DNA of 63,728 nt, the filler included, from Rhabdomonas costata (lineage: Eukaryota): assembly GCA_019059605.1 (NCBI GenBank). It is 41 parts of 41 records of this genome, joined end to end, with 100 filler letters (N's around TTAATTAATTAA, not from the genome) between each part and the next. Parts side by side here need not be neighbours in the genome. Positions count along the whole stretch, not along the records: positions 12,456 to 13,912 come from JAHMHO010015465.1; positions 14,013 to 15,469 come from JAHMHO010015466.1; positions 15,570 to 17,026 come from JAHMHO010015467.1; positions 17,127 to 18,583 come from JAHMHO010015468.1; positions 18,684 to 20,140 come from JAHMHO010015469.1; positions 20,241 to 21,697 come from JAHMHO010015470.1; positions 21,798 to 23,254 come from JAHMHO010015471.1; positions 23,355 to 24,811 come from JAHMHO010015472.1; 33 more parts are not named here. One strand, given 5' to 3'. Made by a program: the position numbers and the translations under genes. Within the stretch, counting starts at the first letter, position 1, and every line of letters begins with the position of its first letter. Below the pieces are notes generated by a model, which saw nothing but the letters and a program-made list of their open reading frames with translations, was not told where the DNA came from and did not search any database. Of this stretch, positions 13,772 to 24,911 are shown one piece after another.

Positions 13772-13904
13772 GTGGGGTTTACCGGTCATGGCTCCTCAAT
13801 GCTACTGTACGCCACACTGGAACCATATGCGTTTAAGTGGGACGAGCCCATGGTAACAGTGTGGCGTACAGTAGCATTGAGGAGCCATGACCGGTAAACC
13901 CCAC
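13772..13904. repeat. Perfect 48-bp inverted repeat at contig end
   Basis: 13772-13819 is the exact reverse complement of 13857-13904, with a 37-nt spacer. Confidence 0.95.
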
Positions 13905-14123
13905 CCCAACACNNNNNNNNNNNNNNNNNNNNNNNNNNNNNNNNNNNNNNNNNNNNTTAATTAATTAANNNNNNNNNNNNNNNNNNNNNNNNNNNNNNNN
14001 NNNNNNNNNNNNGTGTGTTGGTGTGTTGGTGTGGGGTGTATGCTAGTTGATCAGAGACCGCTGGTACCGCGGGGTACCCGGGGGGTTGGTGCCTTGACAT
14101 GGTCTGTTTACGTGTCCGTGCAG

Positions 14124-15396
14124 GTTCCCATGGCGCTGCTCACCCCTCTCCGGATCGCTGTCATGATTGTCCTCTACATTGTATACTTTAGCACGTTGAG
14201 GTTGTATCTTCTAGGTGTGCGTTGGCGATGCAGGATGTGCTTCCCCCGCACTTTGTTTGGCCCTTTCTCCTGGCGCGAAGCCCTTATCTTCCAGTGCGAC
14301 GCCAGTTATGATAGGGGTGTCAGTATTAAGCCCTGGCATTGCTCAGAAAGACGAACACTCCCCCATTTTCCCACTTTCCTGTGTGTCTGTGGGAGGCCAA
14401 GATCCAAATGCCTGGCGCTGTTCGCACCCCAGAATTGAATGTCAGTCTGGCTGCAGCTTGCAACGCTATGTTGGTCACATGACATTGTCCGCTTTGCTTT
14501 ATTAATTTAGAAAATGTACCAAAGCGATCTTTTGAAACCTAATAGCGAAAAAAAAATAGAAAATGGAAATTGGACTTGAATGGCGCATCAGTTTCCCAGT
14601 TTGCTTCGGCGCTATGTTGTCTCACTAGTTTCTTGATTAAGCCAAGTTGACTGTGACTTACAGGAGTGGACATGAACAAGCCCCTTCCTGCAGACAAGTT
14701 TCCCTTCGTGCTGAAGTACACACAGGTCATGATTCGGATCTTCCTGGGGACCTTTGGGATATGGCATATCAGGTGCCCTTGCAGTCGATTTGATTCGTTT
14801 GCGTGTTGCCTGTGTAATAATGGGGGGTGGCGCCGCGGCTTTGCACATCCAAATGCAATACGATGGGGTGCGCCGCTTGGTGGATATTGTCTTCTGAAGT
14901 CGCCCCCCCCCCCGCATCCACCTTGCAGGGCCTTCGCCTGAATAAGAAAGTAGAAAAAGCGCTCTTCAGAGCTTATCTGCGCACAGGGCAGAGAGCATTG
15001 TGCGCAAACACCACTTCCTGTCACAGAAGTTCTCCTCCAGTTGTCCCAGCCTTCACTTCCTTGCTCCTGTCACAGTCATTTTTTCAGTTCCACTTCGATT
15101 CACATCCTCCACCTCACTGCAGCCTTTGCATTCGAACGCAGTGGTCAAATAAAAAAATTGGCCAAATTTGCTTTCAGTTACATTCTCCCGTTCGCCTCTT
15201 GACCGCCCGCCCCTTCCCCGTGCCGTTGCTTAGCGTGGAAGGCAGCCTGCCTCCCAGGCCCGAGATCTGCCGGTACACCCTGGTGTGCAACCACCTCAGC
15301 TATATGGACATCTTGATAATGATGACCTTACTGATGCCTGCCTTCGTGGCGAAGATCGAGTTGAGGTCCCTGCCCTCCTTCGGCTTCCTCTGCAAG
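14124..15396 (+). CDS. Lysophospholipid acyltransferase (LPCAT/LPEAT-like, PlsC family); exons 14124-14214, 14664-14772, 15234-15396
   Basis: Phase-compatible GT-AG joins give ...LTPLRIAVMIVLYIVYFSTLRLYLLG|VDMNKPLP...RIFLGTFGIWHIS|VEG...LVCNHLSYMDIL...PAFVAKIELRSLPSFG. Contains the catalytic NHxSxxD (HX4D) and FVAK motifs. Confidence 0.88.
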
Positions 15397-16439
15397 GTGC
15401 CCTTCCCCTCCTCCCCCATGCTACTTCTCACTGCCGCTAATTCTAAGGGCACTTTATCCACCAACACCCNNNNNNNNNNNNNNNNNNNNNNNNNNNNNNN
15501 NNNNNNNNNNNNNTTAATTAATTAANNNNNNNNNNNNNNNNNNNNNNNNNNNNNNNNNNNNNNNNNNNNCAGGGAAAAGACAGTAGCAATAGTCAAGTGG
15601 AATGGCCAGAAAGGTCATTTGGCCAGAAAGGAATTTTGTTGGGGGGAAAACTCGGGTGAAAGTATGTGTTGTGGTAGTATGTGTTTCCGGGCAAGGAGTG
15701 ATACTTGGACAGTGGATAAGAATCGGTTTCTGAAATTAGGAGGACCGTTGCAACCAGGCAACGTGCCTCCATTGACAGCATACCGGTAAACTATTACGTA
15801 CATCCCCAACGGACTCTTCCAGCAACGGGCCTCCATTTTTCTCAATTGCCGCCGTGCGTATCAGTCTTCAAACTTCTCTACCTCAACTTGCGGCTTTTGC
15901 TCATCGCCCCCGTCCTTCAGTAGCCGCATCTTGTGCAAGCGTTTTCTTCAATCGCAGTCCGGGTGGTGCGGCTGTACATCCTGGTCCACAAAGAAGGACC
16001 ACGGATATGTTGGAAATTGGGATCTATGTGTGGTAAATCCGAATCCACAAGTCAGAATCACAAAAATCCGGGAACAAAGAGACGGAAGAATTTCCTTTTC
16101 AGACCGAAATATCGGCACGGGTGGATTGAGAGGGCAGTAAACGAGACGAAGTACTGGGAGGAAATTCCTGATTCAACCGTCGCCACAATGGTGCCTTGTA
16201 TAACGGTCCTCCTAATGTAAGAAACCGATTCTTTCTCCACGGCCAGTGATCACACCTTGCCAGGAAACAGATAACCCACATCACATACTTTTACCCACGA
16301 TTTCCCACTAACGATATTCTCTTTTTGGCCAAATGACCTTTTTGTCCATTCCACTTGACCATTGCTTTTGTCTTTTTCCTGCACAGTAGCCGTTTTCCCC
16401 CGCGGAAATTCTGGCCACTTGACCCGACCGGATTGTTTT

Positions 16440-16990
16440 GACGAGACGCTAGAAAAGCTGCTAGACCAACGCCCCAACCACATTACAACGGACCATGGAC
16501 TTTGCCTTTGCCAAAATGACGGACTTCACCGACATCTATGTCGAAGACGTTGTTGTCTTTTCGGAAACATGAACATTTGAACCACATCAGTCGAGTCCTT
16601 GACCGCCTCCGCAGAGAGCAGCTTTTTGTAAAGCTAAAGAAGTGCTTTTTTGCACCTGAAATCAAATTCGCCGGTTACATTATCGGCAGCGGAGATATCA
16701 GCTCAGTTCCGGAAAAATTGCAGTCAATAATGGGGTGGCCGACCACAAGAAGCGCAAAAAACGTCAGACGCTTTCTCTGAAGTTTCGGCTTCTACCATAG
16801 ATTCTTCACGCAATTTGCGACGGTGACAAAACACCTCACCACTTTGCTGGCGAAGCAGAAGTTGTGGAATTGGGACCCAGCCGAACTGCAATCATTAAAA
16901 TGACTGAAGTCCTACCTCCTTCTCTATGTTGTCTTGGCATTTCCGGAAATGAACAAACCAATTATCGTCCTTAACGATGCGTCAAACACA
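16440..16990 (+). mobile_element. Degenerate Ty3/gypsy LTR-retrotransposon pol fragment (RT C-half, connection, start of RNase H)
   Basis: NAPTTLQRTM, IYVEDVVVFS, EHLNHISRVLDRLR..LFVKLKKCFF, KFAGYII, WPTTRSAKNVRRFL*SFGFYHRF, VLAFPEMNKPIIVLNDAS. Carries a frameshift and in-frame stops. Confidence 0.9.
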
Positions 16991-17688
16991 CGACTGCCTT
17001 CAAAAAGCTGCGCTCCCAAGTTAGGANNNNNNNNNNNNNNNNNNNNNNNNNNNNNNNNNNNNNNNNNNNNTTAATTAATTAANNNNNNNNNNNNNNNNNN
17101 NNNNNNNNNNNNNNNNNNNNNNNNNNTCCTTCCCGGCCTGACAGAAGTAAGTTTGCACTGATTTTATAGCGCTCCGTAGAATGTGTGTGCTGTGTTTGCT
17201 TTAACAAAGTCTAAGTTTGTGGCGGACCTTACTTTAGGACTTACACACCTCTGATCCAGCAGTGCCATTCAGACAGACCTGAAGGTAGCCAAAGGCTGCG
17301 CGTATCAGTAAATGCCGGATTCGCCCTCGAGTGCCAAATCAAACCCGTGCTAATTTGTATTTTCTATTTGGAATTTTGAGGTGTTTTCACCCCAAACCTG
17401 CGGTGACAGCTCCGATGGTTGTACCAATTGCATAATCTCGACTAGTTGCCACAAAAACTTTGGCGCCAAAAAAATATTTGCATTTGTTGCCTTTTCGGGT
17501 GCGCACTGGAGTGAGGCGAAGTGCAATCATTTCAGCGAAAAGGAAATTATCCAGTCTCGTTTTACACTCGCTGCCGAATAACGGGTTCGAAGGCAGCCAC
17601 CGCAGTGAGAAGACGAAATCGAAGGCGAAATCCTATTCCTTGGCAAATCGCAAACCCTAATTCACACACCCAGGCAAAAACTGCGTAC

Positions 17689-18205
17689 CGCTGGTGCACC
17701 CCGACAGAACAATGGTTCCCCGGGAAGTGCTGCACGTCTTCGTGACGGTGCCGCTGTAGCCAGGGCCACAGGAGAGCCCCCCACAGCTTCCCGGGGTAAC
17801 GTACCCGTCACAGCCGCTTGCGGAGTAGGCATACCCCGAGGGCAGTGGGAATGCCAGCGCACAGACCCAATCTGCCACACACAGAAACTGAAATGAGGCG
17901 ACTAGGCAAAACCATAACCCAACCCCTAACTCTATTGTTCTTGCCAGCTTTTTACTGAGTCAGTTACTCAATTCTCCTTCTTTACAAATATAGCGCGTTG
18001 ACAAAGAAAAAGGGAGATAAAGGGAGATTGTTATCTAACAAGAAACAAAACTGACAAAGTCGATGAGGGAAAGAGCATGCAAGCCGCACACCAGTACAGC
18101 AGTCCGTCCACGTGCATCGGGTGCTGGCGCAGGAGGTCTGGTAGGGCACCAACGAGAACCCAAAGGTGGTACAGGTCGACGAGGCAAAGTTACAACACAT
18201 TTGAG
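17689..18205 (-). CDS. Cys-rich extracellular repeat protein, exons 18092-18205 and 17689-17871
   Basis: QMCCNFASSTCTTFG...CTWTDCCT and WVCALAFPLPSGY...CGGLSCGPGYSGTVTKTC...LSGCTS. Both exons are phase 1-1 with GT-AG borders. Confidence 0.7.
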
Positions 18206-18721
18206 CTAAAAACAAAAAGGTGGGATCCAAAAAAACCGACGCAACCGACGCGGTGCGGGACGATAACCTGGACAACACAAGAATGGCGTTTCCATCAGTG
18301 CCATGAGCTCACTGCCTATATCCTTTTCGTCCACACGAGCTGGTGAGGTTTCCCGTCAGATTCTGACATCAACGAGTGCAAATCAGAAACCAGAAAAGCA
18401 ACCGGTTCCGTCAAAGGAAAAACTAACGTATTTTCCGATTCCACGGGAGCAAATCATGCCTGGGTCGAGTACAACTTATGCCATACAACTCCTCCATAAT
18501 CACAAGAGCTGAAAACATTGACGAGAATACCTACAAAATACACGCACATAAAACTGTCCCTAAGTCAAAAAATAAAACACACCNNNNNNNNNNNNNNNNN
18601 NNNNNNNNNNNNNNNNNNNNNNNNNNNTTAATTAATTAANNNNNNNNNNNNNNNNNNNNNNNNNNNNNNNNNNNNNNNNNNNNTGTTTGTGGTGTTTTGC
18701 TTTCTCATTTGGCTTGTTGAG

Positions 18722-18923
18722 GGAGTTGATGGCTTGGACGGGTGAGGTTCTCACGCGAACGTGCAGCGAGGACTTGAACGGGAGCTTTTTGCACGACCAC
18801 CTGAATGCTGGCAACACGGCTCGGGCGCACTTCCAGGCTCAAGACTTTCAGGCGTACTTCCGAGACACCCTTTTTCAAATGCGAGTTAAGAAGCGCCTGC
18901 ACCGGCTTGTTCGTAAACTCCAG
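18722..18923 (+). CDS. Probable exon, hypothetical protein
   Basis: Open frame ELMAWTGEVLTRTCSEDLNGSFLHDHL...KKRLHRLVRKLQ ending at CAG|GTTTT. The 5' border is uncertain. Confidence 0.4.
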
Positions 18924-20240
18924 GTTTTGAGTGTGTGAACTTCCCTACTTTTTTTAGCTTTCCCTTTGAAACAATTTTTTTCGAACAAAGAAGGATACGG
19001 GAGCTCCTCACAGACAAAATGTTCAAGAAAGAACACAAAAAAGATCTCAGGTGAACTGCAAAGCTCATAAGTGTGAAATGGGAAATGTGAGTTGGAGGAG
19101 GCGGTGAGCAGTGATAGGGTTCTGAAACAATGGAATTTTGCTCTGAAATAATCTTTTTTGCATTGGAGCGTAAAACGCGGTGAAACCCAGTTGGGGGGGG
19201 TGCTACGTTATGATTATGGGAAGTTGGTGGTTCTGTCACGGCTCTCAGTGGCATGCCTACAGTCACCGCTATGAGCTGTTCCGAGTGGCAATGGTGTGCA
19301 CCCTGTTTCAGTTGTGTGTCCTTTTCCTCATTCTTTCAGAGCTGCACTGAGTCAATCGAGCAAACCACCATTCATGCTCTCGAAGTGCAGCAAAACTGCA
19401 GTTTCTGCACCCCTCAACTGCAACAAGGACAGGATTGAACCTGTGCGGGTGTTCAGGAATTGTTTGGCAAAAACTTGGTACGAAAGTTTGGAACAGGAAT
19501 TGGTATTGGGCCTCTGTGTTGATATGAATGACAGACCGGTGTGGGGCTCGAAGACCCCGTTACTAGTCATCTTTTTCTCGGTTTCAGGAAAAAACCCTGG
19601 ATTTCGAGCAACCCGCTGCCCTCCGCTCAACCCGGTCTGGTGTCGACGGGGCTTCTTCGGCGAGGCGGGCACCTTTTCAGGCAACCGACGCGTATGATGT
19701 GTCATGTTGTGTAAGTGGGCATTTTTAAGTTTTTGAACGCAGAGCCGATGAATCAAACTCTACCTTGCTCCATTTCGGTTCATGTGTGCAGCACAATTGC
19801 CCATATACCTCCAACGTTATCGCAGAAAGGTCCGTCTTGGTTTATCATTGTTGGTGACAGCATACTGCAGAAAAAGGTCCCCTTTGCATTTGAGTGATCT
19901 CAATATAGACCCTCTTCTCTTTCCCCCCCTAGTGTTCCAGCCATGGCAACCACTGCAGAGCAGGTGTCGAGCTTGCTTGAGGACCTGGTCTCATGCTTTA
20001 AGCTTCCGAGCCCAGACAAGGTCTTGTTTCTCCTTCTCTTCCCAAATGCCATGTGTGCACGCGCACATCCACAATTCAAACCCACAAAAAAAAACATCCA
20101 AAATTCCCCTCATTTTTTGTGCCTGCCTCATCTTTCCTTCNNNNNNNNNNNNNNNNNNNNNNNNNNNNNNNNNNNNNNNNNNNNTTAATTAATTAANNNN
20201 NNNNNNNNNNNNNNNNNNNNNNNNNNNNNNNNNNNNNNNN

Positions 20241-20776
20241 AGTGTTGGGTGTACGTCTCCTTGGCATGTGTGGTGGGCTGCTCCGTCGGGGTCGCTGGTG
20301 TGCTGTGGATTTGGCGCTGGTGGAGGCGTTACCAGACGGAGCGGAACCTCCACGGGAAGTCCAAAAATCCAGGTGAACCCCAGGGGCCTGTCCCATGGCC
20401 TGCACCCCAACAGCGGCGGCCTGCCACTGCCACTGTGGAGCTGAGCGAGCTGTGGGACCGCCTGTCTGCACACTTCCCCACAACGAGGAGTTGGGAGGGC
20501 AGTGGCCAGCGCAGCCGGGCCTACCTGGTGGATTCAGGGGAGGACGACCCCACTCGCGGTGGTAGCAGGGGAGAGCGCCGCCATCCCAGACAAGGGTTGG
20601 TGATGCTGGCCTGCTGCCCTCACTGCGGCGCGGAAGTGGGGCCCTGCTTTGCGTCGGTATCTGCTTCGGGCCACCAGGGGATCTGTTCGTGGTGTCATCG
20701 GTCCCTCACCCTAGCGGAAAGCGAAACAAAGGAAAACAAGTCTGCTTTCCTGGGATTGCAGAGCCCACTTAGGTGA
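20241..20776 (+). CDS. 3' part of a single-pass membrane protein with a C-terminal CxxC...CxxC motif
   Basis: Hydrophobic YVSLACVVGCSVGVAGVLWIW followed by RWWRR (stop-transfer); later CPHC-x15-CSWC; TGA stop. Confidence 0.5.
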
Positions 20777-22352
20777 AGAGGAACCCCATGTGGGTATACC
20801 CTTAATAAAGTTGCTGCAAGAAAGCTGCTTTCACCGAGTGAGGTGGGTGAGGTGCTCATCTTCTCTGAAAGGATCTGCCGTGCCTAACCCCCCTCTTCTC
20901 CTTTCTCGCTTGTTTCATAGTGTATATTCCCTCACTGCGGAGTCAAGGCCCTCCCCATAAGTGGCCTCTTTTGTGGCTCCAGTGGTCCACACTCGGCCTT
21001 TTATGCTCTCTTGAGTCATTTCTGAGTTGTGGTGGAGCGCGTTCCTCATCGTTTTGTTCGTCCCCCTCATCATTTCGACAAGGCTTTAAGTGCGGGGGAG
21101 GGGGGCTCGAATCAACTTATCACACATATATGAATTGTAAACCCGGGTTCCGGATGGAGGAGGCTTGCCTACCAATAGCGAGGATAGGTGCGCTGTACTA
21201 CAACACTGCCAGGCGCTCCGCTTGAGTGGCTCTGGCTACCATTCCTCTGTCAAAAAATGCCATGCATAACGGTGCATGAGATGGCAGCTTTGTGGGGAAA
21301 GAGACGCCACTAACGGTGACGATGGTGTGGCAGGTCTAATGTAGGTAGGTTGTTTTGGCCGCAGTGGAGCGACTGAAGCGCGCTATACCTATACCACGGT
21401 ACTTGCGCCGACCAAGAACCAACCGGAGGCCTGCGCGTATTTGGACTGCGGGCCTGTCTTTGCTGGCGTGGCGTGACCTACCAGATTGTCAACACTGCCT
21501 TCCAGACCCTGTTCTTTTTCATCATGATCGAGTAGAAACGTCACTGCCAGGGGCTTCCCCCATCCGCCCATAATTTACCTGCTTCTAATTATATGCCACC
21601 ATGAGCCGTGACATTCCTTTCACAAACATTCTACCCTACGCCATGGATTTGCGTTGTATCACTTCAAATAATGGTTTTTCTCCTCTATCTTTTACCTNNN
21701 NNNNNNNNNNNNNNNNNNNNNNNNNNNNNNNNNNNNNNNNNTTAATTAATTAANNNNNNNNNNNNNNNNNNNNNNNNNNNNNNNNNNNNNNNNNNNNGGG
21801 GGGGGTTGTGGGTCTCCTGGCGCCCCTGTCTCCTGTGGAAGGTGCGTTCTTCTCCCCGCTCCTCCTTGGTCGCTTTCATTTGTACTTGTCGATGCTCGTG
21901 TGCTTCTGCTTAGGTTCTTTGTTTCCCGAAGTCGAATATTTTTGTGGCACTGACGAGGTCGAAGCGAAATTGCATACTTGATATTTCGTACGAGGGTAGG
22001 AGTAATTTTCACCTATTCTCCCTTGAAGCAGCAAGCAAAAGTATCTTTCTCTTCTGTATCCTTTTCCGCTGACGCGAGCTTGATGCTCATAGGCGTACTG
22101 CATCACCGTGTGTTCCCGGTGGTTGAGTTCTTGTGCTGTATCACCAAAACAAGCGGTAAACTAATGGGATTCCCCAGAGCTCCATGTCACGATGCCCACG
22201 TTGTTATCTCGTGCAAGGCTTGCCGTGCTTTGCTGTTGGGGTTGAGGCTTGGGTTATATTGTGTTGGGTTGAGGACAACTGCTTGAAAAGAACGTCCGAT
22301 ATGCCACCGCTGAATGTTTGTGGTGCCCCATGCCCATCTTGCAGCTCTGCAG

Positions 22353-23035
22353 GCCTGCAGCGTTTCCGGCTGGGCTACCCTGCGCAGCGTGACCAGCACC
22401 GAAACCACAGTCTCCCTGATGAGCTACCAGTGCGCTGGGACCCTGGACTTCTCCTTCTTCACCACAGCAACCTCGATTACGTTGTGGTCCGCCACCTTCG
22501 GCAGCCCCCTGAGCATTGTTAACCTGCCCTCCTCGGTGACCTCCCTGACAATCTGGGCCTGTACCTTCACCTCCAGCGTCGCCCTGGGTTCCCTGCCCAG
22601 CACCCTACAGTCCTTCTCCTTCTACACACGGTTCAGGGAACCCTGAGCCTTAGTCTTCCCAGCACTCTGTCCACCTTCAGCCTTACCACCACCCAAATAG
22701 CCGGCGATCTTCGGGTGACCGGAATGCAAGCCTCCGCCTCCGTGTCCTCCCTTCAGTTCACTGGAAGCTCTACTCCGACTCTCTCCCTTTCCAGCTCCAG
22801 TGGTCACTTCACGTGGCTCTCCCTATTTTACTGCTCGTTTCCGTCGGGGGTGAGGCTGAACTTCCTCAGCGTGGTGGACCAGTTGGACTTCCACGGCAAT
22901 AATTTGTGCGGGTCGGTTTCCTCGATGGGCACCGTCAGCACAGGCACTGTGAACGGCAACACGGCGTCGTTCGAGGAGGCTGCCCTTCTTGCGGTGTTCC
23001 CGACCTGCACCGCTTCCGGCAACACCTATCGCAGT
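22353..23035 (+). CDS. Ser/Thr-rich LRR/FNIP-like repeat surface-protein exon with one frameshift near 22626
   Basis: Repeats LPSSVTSLTI, LPSTLQSFSF, LPSTLSTFSL and LDFHGNNLCG. The two track ORFs join seamlessly if one base is added at TACACACG. Confidence 0.6.
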
Positions 23036-23607
23036 GGTTGTCCTCGTCTTATCTCTTGCTCATCTCGGTGTCGGTTATTACAAACACGTGGTCAAGCCTT
23101 CTGAAGCGCAGATGAGAAGGTAGAAGCTCAGAGAAAAGTGAAAAAGCTCTGCAATTCGCCCCGGCAGTGCTAGAGCACAAGAATGGTATAGCTGAGTCCC
23201 TTATGTGCGACAGGAACTCCGTGCTCAAAACAAAGGACACAGGTCCACAACAAANNNNNNNNNNNNNNNNNNNNNNNNNNNNNNNNNNNNNNNNNNNNTT
23301 AATTAATTAANNNNNNNNNNNNNNNNNNNNNNNNNNNNNNNNNNNNNNNNNNNNGGGTTTGTGGTGGTGGTGGTGGTGAACCTGTTGCAAAGTGCTGTCA
23401 TCACCTGCAAAACAATCGAAAGACCCTTCAGAATCTTCGAGCTAAACCGAAGCATGACGTGGGGCTTGGGTCCTTGCAAACTTGCCAAGTTTAATGCCAA
23501 AAGCCATAGACTTTCAGACGGCGCCAGCTGGGTCACTATGTGAAGCAGTGGTAGCTTCTTATTGGGAGTTGGGGGCCGTAACGTTGTGGTGGATATCCCG
23601 ACAAGAA

Positions 23608-24526
23608 GAAGGCATGTCGGAGCGAGGCATGCCGTAATAGCATCAACCCATCACTCGGTCCAAACTCACGGTCGCCCCTCAGACATCAACATCCCTCTTC
23701 TATGCGTGTCTCTTCACTCCGCTAGCGCTACGTTCCGACCTGGCGTAGCCGGAGTGGAATACCTGAGTGAGAGTGGAAGGTTAAGGTATCATGTTAGAGT
23801 CACGAAGCATGGGTGCGTCAGCGAGCCATGCGTTGTAGTAGAGGCACCTGCGGTAGGATGCCTTTACGCAGTGAAGCGACGACGTCAGGAGGGAACATGA
23901 GCATGAGCGCAGCGATTGCGAATGTGACCGACAGAACGAATACAAGAAGAAGGAACAGGAGCGACATTGAGGAGCGTAGCGACGAAAGGAGCGAGTGTGA
24001 CGTCATGAACTCAGGGAGTGCTTCTACCCCCTGCGGGGCCCTTACGCTTTCGTTGAAGGCATGTCGAGAGCATCGAGGCATGCCGTAGTAGAACACTCAA
24101 CTCAAGGAGTGCTTCTACCCCCTGCGGGGCCCTTACCCCTTCAACGTGATCAATAGAAAGTGGTGGGGGAGCGATAGCGACGACGTAGGGGCCCCATGAC
24201 TCGCTGAGTGGTAGCGAAGGGAGGCATGGAGTATCAGTCTTACATCTTCACTCTGTATGCATTCTTTCTTCTCCCTCTCTTCTGTACGTGTCTCTTCACT
24301 CCGTTCCGACCGGGCGTAGCCGGAGTACATCATACCAGTAAGAAGTGAAGGCATCGAGGGCATGTCTGAGCGTAGCGAAGGCATGACCCAGTAGTGGATG
24401 GAGGTGAAAGGCACCGCAGGTAGGAAGTCATCATATATTCACTCTCCTTCACTAAGAGGGTACAAAGCATGGGTCTGAGCGTAGCGAGGGAGCCATGCGG
24501 AGTAGTAGTAGGGCATCGCAGATAGG
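23608..24526. repeat. Mosaic of short reiterated, mostly hairpin-forming motifs (organelle-DNA-like)
   Basis: 31-nt GGAGTGCTTCTACCCCCTGCGGGGCCCTTAC identical at 24015 and 24106. CGTGTCTCTTCACTCCG..GGCGTAGCCGGAGT at 23705 and 24287. GGCATGTC..GGCATG at about 23611, 24058 and 24359. GCATGG..CCATGC at about 23807 and 24467. GAGCGTAGCGA three times. Confidence 0.85.
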
Positions 24527-24911
24527 AGAGGAAACATACCTGGTAGGAATGCTTACTCCTACTCCACCATCACTCTTCACCCCTCCATCACCAAGAGAGC
24601 CCAGAATACCACCAGCATCAGAAGCATGAACCCTCAACCCAACATCCACCCTCAACTCAGGAAGCACAACATCCACCCTTACACTCTCACTAGAAGCAGG
24701 AACACAAGAAGCATCCATCCCGGTGGTGTTGATGCTGTAGTTCTTGGCCTTCCTGTTGTTGGTGCTCCTGGTGTTCTTGACTCTGAGGGTGGTGTTCTTG
24801 GCTCCTGCATTNNNNNNNNNNNNNNNNNNNNNNNNNNNNNNNNNNNNNNNNNNNNTTAATTAATTAANNNNNNNNNNNNNNNNNNNNNNNNNNNNNNNNN
24901 NNNNNNNNNNN

